This document shows, in pieces, positions 56,386 to 64,000 of a stretch of DNA of 64,000 nucleotides. This stretch comes from Acidimicrobiia bacterium. GTDB taxonomy: Bacteria > Actinomycetota > Acidimicrobiia > IMCC26256 > DASPTH01. Both the position numbers and the translations under genes were made by a program. Positions within the stretch are counted from its first letter, which is position 1. Each line of letters starts with the position of its first letter. The stretch is from contig DASPTH010000322.1 of NCBI GenBank assembly GCA_035623515.1, positions 1,526 to 65,525 of the forward strand. Reading direction: 5' to 3'. The notes beneath the pieces were generated by a model. That model made no database searches, was not told the DNA's origin, and saw only the letters and a list, made by a program, of their open reading frames with translations.

Positions 56386-57564
56386 ATGCGCGGGTTCCCC
56401 GACCTCGTCCTCGCCGACGACCTCGCCGCGTTCCGTGCGAACGTGCAGGCGTTCCTGCGCGCGGAGATGCGGGCGGCGCGAGCGGATGGGCACCGGGATC
56501 GCCGTGACCTGACCGGCTGGGACGAGGAATTCGAGCGGGTACTGCTCGAACGCGCCGGGCGCGCGGGGTTCCTCGGCGTCGCGCTCCCGCCCGAGTACGG
56601 CGGGGGCGGGCGCCCGCGGAGTTGGCAGGCAGTCGTCAGCTTCGAGGCTGCGTACCACGACGCGCCCCTCGTCGACACCGCGGCCGTGCTGGTGGCTCCG
56701 AGCGTGCTGGAGTTCGGCTCCGCCGCGCAACGTGCGTCGTTCCTGCCCGCGGCGACGGCCGGCACGCTGCGGGCCTGCATCGCCTACACCGAGGCGGGCG
56801 CCGGATCCGACCTCGCCCGGGTCACGACGTCCGCGGTCGACGACGGCCGGCGGGGCTTCGTGCTCGACGGCGAGAAGGTGCTCGTGACCGCCGCCCACAA
56901 GTCCGACTGGTGCTGCACGATTGCCCGCACCGACCCCGGTTCGTCGGGTTCGCGCGGTTTGTCGATGTTCCTGGTGGAGCTCGACGCGCCGGGCGTCACC
57001 GTCGAGCGCGTCCGCACCGCCAACGGGTGGACGCTCGGCACCATCCGGTTCGACCGCGCGCCGGTTCCCGGAGACGCGCTGCTCGGGGAGCGCGACCACG
57101 GATGGCGCCAACTCGGAGCCGCGCTGCTCGGCGAACGCTCGGGGATGGCGTGGCTCGGATGGGCGACGCGCAACGCGCGCGCGCTCCTCGACGCGTTCCG
57201 CGGCACGCGCGACGCGGTTGCGCGTGACGCGCTGGCCGACCTCACGACCCGCCTGTTCGTCGGGCTGCGTCTGGCCGAGCGCGTGATGGCACTCCAGGAC
57301 GCCGGGACGCCGTCACCGGTCGAAGCCGCGATGACCAAGGTGTGGGTCACGGAGTTGCTCCAACGCATCGCGCGGGTCGGCGACCGGCTGCTCGGGGCGT
57401 CGGTGCTCGTCGACCCGGGATGGTTCGGTGACGACTCCCTCCCTGCCTGGTTCGCCTACGAGACCGTCGAGCGCCTCCACCCGACGCTGAGCGTCGGCGC
57501 CAACGAGGTCCAGCGCACGACGATCGGGCAGGTCGGGCTCGGCCTCCCGCGCGAGCCAGTGTGA
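56386..57564 (+). CDS. Acyl-CoA dehydrogenase family protein
   Basis: The 3' 392 aa of ORF 56275..57564, from MRGFPDLVL. ACAD-like boxes IAYTEAGAGSDLA and VGANEVQRTTIGQ. Confidence 0.8.
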   Translation: MRGFPDLVLADDLAAFRANVQAFLRAEMRAARADGHRDRRDLTGWDEEFERVLLERAGRAGFLGVALPPEYGGGGRPRSWQAVVSFEAAYHDAPLVDTAAVLVAPSVLEFGSAAQRASFLPAATAGTLRACIAYTEAGAGSDLARVTTSAVDDGRRGFVLDGEKVLVTAAHKSDWCCTIARTDPGSSGSRGLSMFLVELDAPGVTVERVRTANGWTLGTIRFDRAPVPGDALLGERDHGWRQLGAALLGERSGMAWLGWATRNARALLDAFRGTRDAVARDALADLTTRLFVGLRLAERVMALQDAGTPSPVEAAMTKVWVTELLQRIARVGDRLLGASVLVDPGWFGDDSLPAWFAYETVERLHPTLSVGANEVQRTTIGQVGLGLPREPV

Positions 57565-57572
57565 CGCGAGGG

Positions 57573-58340
57573 TCAGCCCGGCGCGCTGGACCACCACGCG
57601 GTGCCCCGACGCCCGGCGGGCCGCGCCACCGTGATGATCTCGGGGCTCGTGGTCGCGATCGGCCGCCGGTCCCAGTCACCGAACTGCGCCTCGACGGCCA
57701 ACGAGGCGCCGGCGAGGAACGCCGCCAGCGCACGGGCGTCGAGGAACCGGAGCGTGCTGACGCTCTGCTCGGGCGCGTCCCAGCTCGGGCAGGTGTACGT
57801 GCTCGTCAACGTGACCAGGTCCCCGTCGACCGCATCCACCTGGTGCACCATCCGGACCAACGCTCCCGCGTGCACGACCTCCACCGCGTGGTCCGGCGTC
57901 CAGGCCTCCCACGCCCGAGCCGCGGGGTTGCGGGTCTCGAACACGAAGCGGCCGCGCTCGCCGAGCAGCGACCGGATCGTTGCCAGCGCGGCGTGGATGT
58001 CGTCGTCGGCGAGCAGGACCTGGAAGGCGTGGGCGGTCATCACCACCAGATCGAACGACTGATCTGCATCGATCGAGCCCAGGTCGCCGAGGTTCCACTC
58101 GATGTCGGCGCGCGAGCGCGCCTGGTCGAGCATCGCCCAGGCAGGGTCGAGCCCGCACAGCCGGCCGCGGTGACCCGCGCCGCGGGCGCGGTGCAGGAGC
58201 TCGCCGGTCCCGCACCCGACGTCGAGCACGGAGCCGGCTGCCATCACCAGCGGTAGATAGAAGGTGAAGTCGTCTCTCCCCGCGCACACCGCGTCGTAGA
58301 CCTCGGCCAGCCGGGGCTCGCGGAACTGGCGATCGACCAC
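57573..58340 (-). CDS. Class I SAM-dependent methyltransferase
   Basis: Motif I VLDVGCGTGELLHRA. Confidence 0.8.
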   Translation of the reverse strand: MVDRQFREPRLAEVYDAVCAGRDDFTFYLPLVMAAGSVLDVGCGTGELLHRARGAGHRGRLCGLDPAWAMLDQARSRADIEWNLGDLGSIDADQSFDLVVMTAHAFQVLLADDDIHAALATIRSLLGERGRFVFETRNPAARAWEAWTPDHAVEVVHAGALVRMVHQVDAVDGDLVTLTSTYTCPSWDAPEQSVSTLRFLDARALAAFLAGASLAVEAQFGDWDRRPIATTSPEIITVARPAGRRGTAWWSSAPG

Positions 58341-58370
58341 TTCCCGAGCGTGCCAGGGTGCGTCAGGTGC

Positions 58371-59597
58371 TCACCAGGGTTTCACGTCCTCGCCCGCGAA
58401 CGCGATCGAGTGCGAGTCGGCGGGAACGGTCTCGAGCACCCGCTCGACCTCGTCGATTGCGGGGCCGACCCTGGCCGCGACCGGTTCGAGCACGTCGAGG
58501 TCGAAGCCGTACACGCCGACGGCGTTCAGCCCGACCATCGGTGCGACCTCGGCGGGGTCGACGCCGGCGAAGGTGTTGCGCAGCGCTTCGGTGGTGTACG
58601 GGTACGTGCCCTCGATGTGGGGGTAGTCCTGACCCCACATGATCTTGTCGACGCCGATCTCGTGGCGCAGCGGCACCTCGCACGGCCGGAAGAAGCTCGC
58701 GCCGGCGAAGCAGTTCTGCTTCCAGTAGTAGCTCGGCGGCTCGGTGACCTGCTTCACCAGCTCGCCGCCGAAGTGGGACTCGGCGTTGCTCGCGTCGAGG
58801 AAGCGGTTGTACTGGTGGTCGAGCATGTTGAGCACCGAGGGGACCCATCCGCTCGACTGCTCGGTGAGCACGAGCTTCAGGCGCGGGTAGCGCGCGAACG
58901 CCCCACCGAACGCCATGTGCCAGAACACGCGGTGCGAGAACCAGCTCAGCTCCACCATGAAGATCGCCATCGACGCGAGGTAGGCGCCGGGCGCGGGGCC
59001 CGCGGCACCCGAGTGGTTGTTCACGGGCATGTCGAGGTCCTGGCACGCGGCCCAGATCGGGTCGTAGTCGGGCGCGAAGAGCGGCGGCAGGTCGGAGTCT
59101 GGTGGAACGCCCGGCAGCAGGATCCCCCCGAACAAGCCGTGCTCGCGCGCCCAGGTGATCTCGGCGACCGCGTCGTCGACGTCGTTGAGGAAGACCTGCG
59201 CGAGGCCGGCCCGGCGCCCGGGGGCGTCGGCGCAGAAGTCGGCCAGCCACCGGTTGTGCGCCTGGAGCCCGGCCCAGCGGTGCCCGTATTCCTCGGGGGT
59301 CGTGGGCGGCCGTGCGAGCAGGTTCGCCGACGGGAAGAACGGCGGGATCGTGTTCGGGAAGATCACCTCCGCGACCACGCCGTCGTCCTCGAGCTCCTGC
59401 AGCCGCGCCTTCGAGTCCCAGTTGCGGTACGCGGTCTCGCCGCGCAGGTCGGTGAACGGGTTCACGTACGACTTCGCCCACTCGTCGAAGTCGTCGAGCC
59501 ACCGCGACTCGAGGTAGTCGCGGTAGTCCTCCATCTGGGCACCGGCGTGCCCGTCCGACGACACCACGATGTACCGGTCACCCGCGAGCTGCGTCAT
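58371..59597 (-). CDS. Amidohydrolase-2 family metal-dependent hydrolase
   Basis: 408 aa. N-terminal VVSSDGHAG and C-terminal IMWGQDYPHIEG motifs resemble the ACMSD-like family. Confidence 0.7.
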   Translation of the reverse strand: MTQLAGDRYIVVSSDGHAGAQMEDYRDYLESRWLDDFDEWAKSYVNPFTDLRGETAYRNWDSKARLQELEDDGVVAEVIFPNTIPPFFPSANLLARPPTTPEEYGHRWAGLQAHNRWLADFCADAPGRRAGLAQVFLNDVDDAVAEITWAREHGLFGGILLPGVPPDSDLPPLFAPDYDPIWAACQDLDMPVNNHSGAAGPAPGAYLASMAIFMVELSWFSHRVFWHMAFGGAFARYPRLKLVLTEQSSGWVPSVLNMLDHQYNRFLDASNAESHFGGELVKQVTEPPSYYWKQNCFAGASFFRPCEVPLRHEIGVDKIMWGQDYPHIEGTYPYTTEALRNTFAGVDPAEVAPMVGLNAVGVYGFDLDVLEPVAARVGPAIDEVERVLETVPADSHSIAFAGEDVKPW

Positions 59598-59721
59598 GGC
59601 CTGTCTCCCTCGCGTCGGGCGCCTCCAGGCGCCGGCATTTCGTCACTGCCGATGGCAGAAGACCTCTGCGGATCGTACAACCCGGCTCCGCGAGGCCGCG
59701 GCGACGCGTAGCGTGCGCGAC

Positions 59722-60156
59722 ATGACGCAAGGACGACCACCGCTCGACCTCACACTCTTCGGCGACGCGCACGTGCAGCGCTACGAGGAGACCGACGGCG
59801 CCGAGGGCCACCTCTGGAACGGCGCGCCGTGCCTCGTGCTCACCACGAGGGGCGCCCGCACCGGCGAGCGCCGCAAGCACGCGCTCATCTACGGCACCGA
59901 CGGCGACCGCTACCTGATCGTCGCGTCGATGGGCGGCGCGCCGAAACACCCGCAGTGGTACCGGAACCTGGTCGCGCACCCCGACGTCGACGTGCAGGTG
60001 CTCGGCGACACGTTCGCCGCCACCGCGCGCACGGCAACCCCCGAGGAGAAACCTCGGCTCTGGTCGATCATGACCGGCGTGTGGCCCGCCTACGACCAGT
60101 ACCAGGCGCGCACCGAGCGCGAGATCCCGGTGATCGTCCTCGAGCGCGCCGGCTGA
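59722..60156 (+). CDS. Deazaflavin (F420H2)-dependent nitroreductase-family (DDN-like) oxidoreductase
   Basis: The 3' 144 aa of ORF 59569..60156. Characteristic LTTRGARTGERR and GGAPKHPQWYRNL boxes. Confidence 0.8.
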   Translation: MTQGRPPLDLTLFGDAHVQRYEETDGAEGHLWNGAPCLVLTTRGARTGERRKHALIYGTDGDRYLIVASMGGAPKHPQWYRNLVAHPDVDVQVLGDTFAATARTATPEEKPRLWSIMTGVWPAYDQYQARTEREIPVIVLERAG

Positions 60157-60172
60157 TCCGACACTCCACCGC

Positions 60173-61702
60173 TCACGGCCGCTCGCGGTCGTACGTCGCG
60201 TCGGTCACGCCCCGGGCGCGGAGCTCGTGCTTGCGGACCCGCATCGACGCCTCGGTACGCGGCAGGTCGTCGACCACCTCCACGTAGCGGGGCAGCATGA
60301 AGCGCGGCATCCGCGGTTCGAGGAACGCCACGAGCGCGGCGGGGTCGAAGTGCGCGGGATCGCGGACGATCACCGCCACCATCACGTCGTCCTCACCGTG
60401 GACCGCCGGGATGCCGACGGCCGCGCACTCGAGCACGTCGTCGTACTCGCCGGCGAACGTCTCCACCTCGAACGACGAGATGTTCTCGCCACGCCGGCGA
60501 ATGGTGTCGCGCAGCCGGTCGACGAAGTAGTACCAGCCGTCGTCGTCGACGCGGAAGGCGTCCCCGGTGTGGAACCAGCCGTTCCGCCACGCGGCGACGG
60601 TCTGCTCGGGCATCTTGTAGTACCCCACGTTCAGCGCCCACGGCTCGGCGCTGCGGACGACGAGCTCGCCGACCTCGCCCGCGGGCAGCGGCTCGTCGTG
60701 CTCGTCCACCACGACCGCGTCGGGCCACGGGTAGCCGGTGCGGCGCCGCCCGCAGTTCGCCCACGGGCCGTGCTCCCAGCCCGTGGCGACCGGGATGCCC
60801 ACCTCGGTCTGCCCGTAGCAGGTGGCGGTCCGTACGCCGAAGCGCCGCTCGAAGTCGTCGATCTCGGGGATCATGGGCCCGAGGATCACGCTGCGCAGAG
60901 GGTTGTCGCCGTCGTCGGGTGACGGCGGGGCCGAGTAGAGGAGCGCGGTCATGGGCCCGATCAGCGCCGCGGTGCGGCAGTCGGTGGCGCGGACATCGTC
61001 CCAGAAGTTCGCCGCGCTGAACCGGTCGCGCGTCACGAAGCGGGCACCTTGCACCATCGCGTAGTTGAACGCCGAGCGGCCCGAGTTGTGGAACATCGGC
61101 ATCGCGCAGTACAGGCCGTCGCCGGTCTCGAGCGCGTCGTGGGGCACCCACGACCAGAACTGGTACACCACCGCCCAGGGCGTGATCACCGCCTTCGACG
61201 GCCCGGTGGTGCCCGAGGTGTACATGAGTGAGTGGATGTCGCGGTACTCGGGCCCCGGCCCGGCCGACGCGGGAGCAGCGGCGGGCATCGAACTCTCGTC
61301 GACCACGACGATGCGCTCGAGCCGCGGGACGTCCGCGCGGATCTCGCGGACGCGGTCGGCGAACTCCGCGGTCGTCACGAGGGTGCCGGCGTCGGAGTGG
61401 TCGAGCGTGTACGCGAGCATGCGACCGACGTACGCGGTGTTGAGCGGCACCTCCACCGCGCGGAGCCAGCCCAGACCGAGGAGCGCGCGGTGCGCGTCGA
61501 AGGTGTTCGGGAGCAGGGTGGCGACGTGACTGCCGGCGCCGACACCGAGTGACGCGAACGTCGACGCCCAGGATTGTCCCTGCGCGTGGAGCTCGCCGTA
61601 CGTCAGCCGATTGCCGTCGACGTGCTCGAGCGCGACCGCGTCGGGCGAGGCGGCGGCCCAGCGCTCGACGGCGTGCGGAGCCAGGCAGGTTCGATCGAGC
61701 AC
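60173..61702 (-). CDS. AMP-dependent acyl-CoA synthetase/ligase
   Basis: The C-terminal 509 aa of ORF 60173..61975, from VLDRTCLAPH. AMP-binding motif MYTSGTTGPSKAV, and GWFHTGD. The start is uncertain because no RBS is seen. Confidence 0.85.
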   Translation of the reverse strand: MLDRTCLAPHAVERWAAASPDAVALEHVDGNRLTYGELHAQGQSWASTFASLGVGAGSHVATLLPNTFDAHRALLGLGWLRAVEVPLNTAYVGRMLAYTLDHSDAGTLVTTAEFADRVREIRADVPRLERIVVVDESSMPAAAPASAGPGPEYRDIHSLMYTSGTTGPSKAVITPWAVVYQFWSWVPHDALETGDGLYCAMPMFHNSGRSAFNYAMVQGARFVTRDRFSAANFWDDVRATDCRTAALIGPMTALLYSAPPSPDDGDNPLRSVILGPMIPEIDDFERRFGVRTATCYGQTEVGIPVATGWEHGPWANCGRRRTGYPWPDAVVVDEHDEPLPAGEVGELVVRSAEPWALNVGYYKMPEQTVAAWRNGWFHTGDAFRVDDDGWYYFVDRLRDTIRRRGENISSFEVETFAGEYDDVLECAAVGIPAVHGEDDVMVAVIVRDPAHFDPAALVAFLEPRMPRFMLPRYVEVVDDLPRTEASMRVRKHELRARGVTDATYDRERP

Positions 61703-61725
61703 GGGGGGATGATAGAGAGAGCGTC

Positions 61726-62727
61726 GTGGATCTCGAGCTGGGCGAGGAGCAGGCGGCGCTCGTCGACGTCGTCGCGTCGATCGCCGACCGCTCCAGCTCG
61801 CCCGTGGCGGTCCGCGCGCACGAGGAGCTCGGCTTCTCGGCCGAGCTGTGGCGCCGGCTCGGCGAGGCCGGCCTTCCCGGCATCGCGCTGCCCGAGCGCG
61901 AAGGAGGCGGAGGCGCGGGGCTGCTCGAGCTCGCGCTCGCGGTCGAGGTGCTCGGCGCGCACGTCGCGCCCGCACCGCTGGTGGAGCACGCGGTCACCGC
62001 ACGCCTCCTCGCGCGCGCGGCGGGCCCGCCACCCGGTCACGTCGTCGACGGCACGACGATCGCGACGTTGGCGCTCCGCCCCCCGATCGACGGCGTCGCT
62101 CGTCTGCTGCCGGCGGGCGCGGTCGCGGCGACGTTCGTCGCACGCCGCGGCGACGACCTGATCCAGGTGACCTCCGACGCTCCAGGGGCCGCGGTGGCGA
62201 ACCTGGCTTCCGCGCCCCTCGCGCACCGGCGGGTCGACCCCGCCACCGTCGTGGCGTCCGGCCCCACCGCGCGGGCCCTGCACGACCGCGCGGTCGCGGA
62301 GTGGCAGGCCCTCACCGCCGCGCTGCTCGCGGGGCTGGGCGCGGGTGTGCTCGAGCTCGCGCGCACGTACGTCGTCGACCGGCACCAGTTCGGGAGACCC
62401 ATCGGCTCGTTCCAGGCGGTCCAGCACACGCTCGCCGACGTCGCCGTCGCGCTCGACGGCGCGCAGTTGCTCGCGCGCAAGGCCGCGTGGGCGCTCGACC
62501 GCGACCGCGACGACGCGCTGGACCTCGCCGCGATGGCGTTCCTCTTCGCCGCCGAGCAGGCTCAGCACGCTGCCGAGCGCGCGTTGCACTTCCACGGCGG
62601 GTACGGCTTCATGCAGGAGTACGACGTGCAGCTCTACTACCGCCGCGCCAAGGGCTGGCCGCTCGTGCTCGGTGCTCCCGTTCGGGAGTACCAGCGGCTG
62701 GCGGCGCGCCGCTACGGAGCCGCGTAG
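61726..62727 (+). CDS. Acyl-CoA dehydrogenase-family protein, short (333 aa) subunit type
   Basis: The 3' part of ORF 61549..62727, from VDLELGEEQ. ACAD C-terminal domain (FGRPIGSFQAVQHTLAD) with a divergent LGAPVREYQ in place of the usual EGTxEIQ box. Confidence 0.7.
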   Translation: MDLELGEEQAALVDVVASIADRSSSPVAVRAHEELGFSAELWRRLGEAGLPGIALPEREGGGGAGLLELALAVEVLGAHVAPAPLVEHAVTARLLARAAGPPPGHVVDGTTIATLALRPPIDGVARLLPAGAVAATFVARRGDDLIQVTSDAPGAAVANLASAPLAHRRVDPATVVASGPTARALHDRAVAEWQALTAALLAGLGAGVLELARTYVVDRHQFGRPIGSFQAVQHTLADVAVALDGAQLLARKAAWALDRDRDDALDLAAMAFLFAAEQAQHAAERALHFHGGYGFMQEYDVQLYYRRAKGWPLVLGAPVREYQRLAARRYGAA

Positions 62728-63893
62728 TGGACTTCCTGCCCTCCGAGGCCGCCGAGCGGTTCCGCGCCGAGGTGCGCGAGTTGCTCGCCGACGTCTTCAC
62801 CGACGCCGTACGCGAGGAGGTGCACGAGACCGGGACCATCCACAGCTGGCCGCTGCACCGCGCCATCGGCGAGCGCGGCTGGATCGCGCAGGCGCTGCCG
62901 GAGGCACAGGGCGGCGGCGGCCGCGATCCCGAGGAGCTGGCGGCGCTGTTCGCGGAGCTGGAGCGCGCGGGTGCGCCCTACGACGGCCTGAGCAACGTCG
63001 TGATGGTGTCGTCGGTGCTCGCGCACGTCGGCAACGACATGATCCGCGCCGAGGTGCTGCCGCGGCTGCTGTCGGGGGAGGCGATGGTCTGCCTCGGGTA
63101 CACGGAGCCCGACTCGGGCTCGGACGTGGCCGCGGCCCGGACGCGCGCCGTCCACGAAGGCGACGGGTGGCGCATCGACGGGCAGAAGATGTTCACGAGC
63201 GTCGCCGAGGAGGCCGACTGGATCTTCCTGCTCACCCGGACGAGCGGCGAGGGACCCAAGCACGCCGGCCTGACCTTCTTCCTCGTGCCGATGGACACGC
63301 CGGGGATCAGCCTCCAGGCGGTGCGGACGCTGCCGGGCAAGCGGGTGAACGTCACGTTCCTCGACGGCGTGCGCGTCGGCGACGAGTGGCGGGTGGGTGC
63401 GGTCGACGGGGGCTGGCAGGTGATGCTCGTCGCGCTGTCGTTCGAGCGAGGGCTCGCGGGCGGGGTGCGCGACGCGGAGCGGCTCCTGCGCGTCACCGAG
63501 GAGTTCGCCCGCCGGGTGCCCCCCGAAGGTGGCGGGCCCCCGATCCGCGACCCCGTCGTGCGCGAGCGCCTCGTGCGGCTGGCGATCGACACGGAGGTTG
63601 CCGACCTGCTCGCCGGTCGCGCCGCCTGGGTGGCGGCGTCGGGCCGGCTCCCCGGCACCGAGGGTGCAGCGGCGCGGCTGTTCGCGAGCGAGTCGTTCAC
63701 CCGCGCCGCGAGCTGGGCGATCGACCTCGCCGGTGCCGAAGGCCTCGTGCAGAGCCCGGAGCGCGGCGGCCGCATCGATGGTTTCTTCGAGCACTGCTAC
63801 CGGCTGGCGCCGGGCACCACGCTCGCGGGCGGTACTTCCGAGATCCAGCGCAACCTGATCGCCCAGCGGGGGCTCGGGCTGCCGCGCACGTGA
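62727..63893 (+). CDS. Acyl-CoA dehydrogenase-family protein
   Basis: The 3' 388 aa of ORF 61848..63893. Motifs CLGYTEPDSGSDVAA and GGTSEIQRNLIA. TAGTG overlap with the preceding gene. Confidence 0.85.
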   Translation: MDFLPSEAAERFRAEVRELLADVFTDAVREEVHETGTIHSWPLHRAIGERGWIAQALPEAQGGGGRDPEELAALFAELERAGAPYDGLSNVVMVSSVLAHVGNDMIRAEVLPRLLSGEAMVCLGYTEPDSGSDVAAARTRAVHEGDGWRIDGQKMFTSVAEEADWIFLLTRTSGEGPKHAGLTFFLVPMDTPGISLQAVRTLPGKRVNVTFLDGVRVGDEWRVGAVDGGWQVMLVALSFERGLAGGVRDAERLLRVTEEFARRVPPEGGGPPIRDPVVRERLVRLAIDTEVADLLAGRAAWVAASGRLPGTEGAAARLFASESFTRAASWAIDLAGAEGLVQSPERGGRIDGFFEHCYRLAPGTTLAGGTSEIQRNLIAQRGLGLPRT

Positions 63894-63923
63894 CCACGAC
63901 CGACGCACGAAGGAGGGCCTCTG

Positions 63924-64000
63924 ATGGTCGCCCGCTCGTTGAAGATCGTGAACAAGTCGACGCACGACCCCCGCATCGTCGAACCCGCGATCCGGGCCAT
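63924..64000 (+). CDS. Start of an unidentified CDS (MVARSLKIVNKSTHDPRIVEPAIRA...), truncated by the window end
   Basis: The ATG is preceded by GAAGGAGGG and the frame is open to the window end. It is too short to assign. Confidence 0.4.
   Translation, partial: MVARSLKIVNKSTHDPRIVEPAIRA

Overview
This is a very GC-rich, actinobacterial-type chromosomal segment (third codon positions are almost always G/C). It is densely packed with about 65 supportable CDS. Many are translationally coupled by ATGA, GTGA, TAGTG or TGATG start/stop overlaps. I saw no rRNA, tRNA, CRISPR array or intact mobile element. The content is dominated by oxidative and lipid-type catabolism: 5 luciferase-like (LLM) flavin oxidoreductases, 2 TauD-type dioxygenases, 2 cytochrome P450s, a KshA-like Rieske oxygenase, 5 SDRs, 2 enoyl-CoA hydratases, 4 acyl-CoA dehydrogenases (one overlapping pair), an acyl-CoA ligase, a double DUF35 protein with two thiolase-like proteins, acetate kinase, NTF2/SnoaL-like proteins, amidohydrolases and an orphan CoxL-like molybdoenzyme. 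It also carries a heterodimeric ABC exporter, an OmpR/HisKA two-component system and a LIV-type ABC importer. The observations most worth a second look are these. (1) The LIV importer is collapsed into two giant polypeptides, LivH-LivM-LivG and an MFS(12-TM)-LivF chimera. (2) A roughly 2 kb lower-GC islet (about 20.56-22.57 kb) holds a 99-aa ORF with a Cys-dense C-terminus, a strongly RBS-preceded 34-aa ORF, a small alpha/beta protein and a frameshifted TetR. (3) A beta-carbonic anhydrase, an internally duplicated membrane protein and a DUF4395 protein form one coupled operon. (4) An approximately 165 bp intergenic repeat family occurs in two inverted copies. (5) A perfect 20-bp palindrome with period-16 CGTGCC repeats lies upstream of an acyl-CoA dehydrogenase. 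(6) A decayed Phd/YefM-RelE/ParE locus is present. I did not find a convincing complete novel defence or RiPP system, and the candidates are flagged as such. All family calls rest on motif recognition by eye. Start codons were chosen from RBS context. Novelty cannot be judged without database searches.
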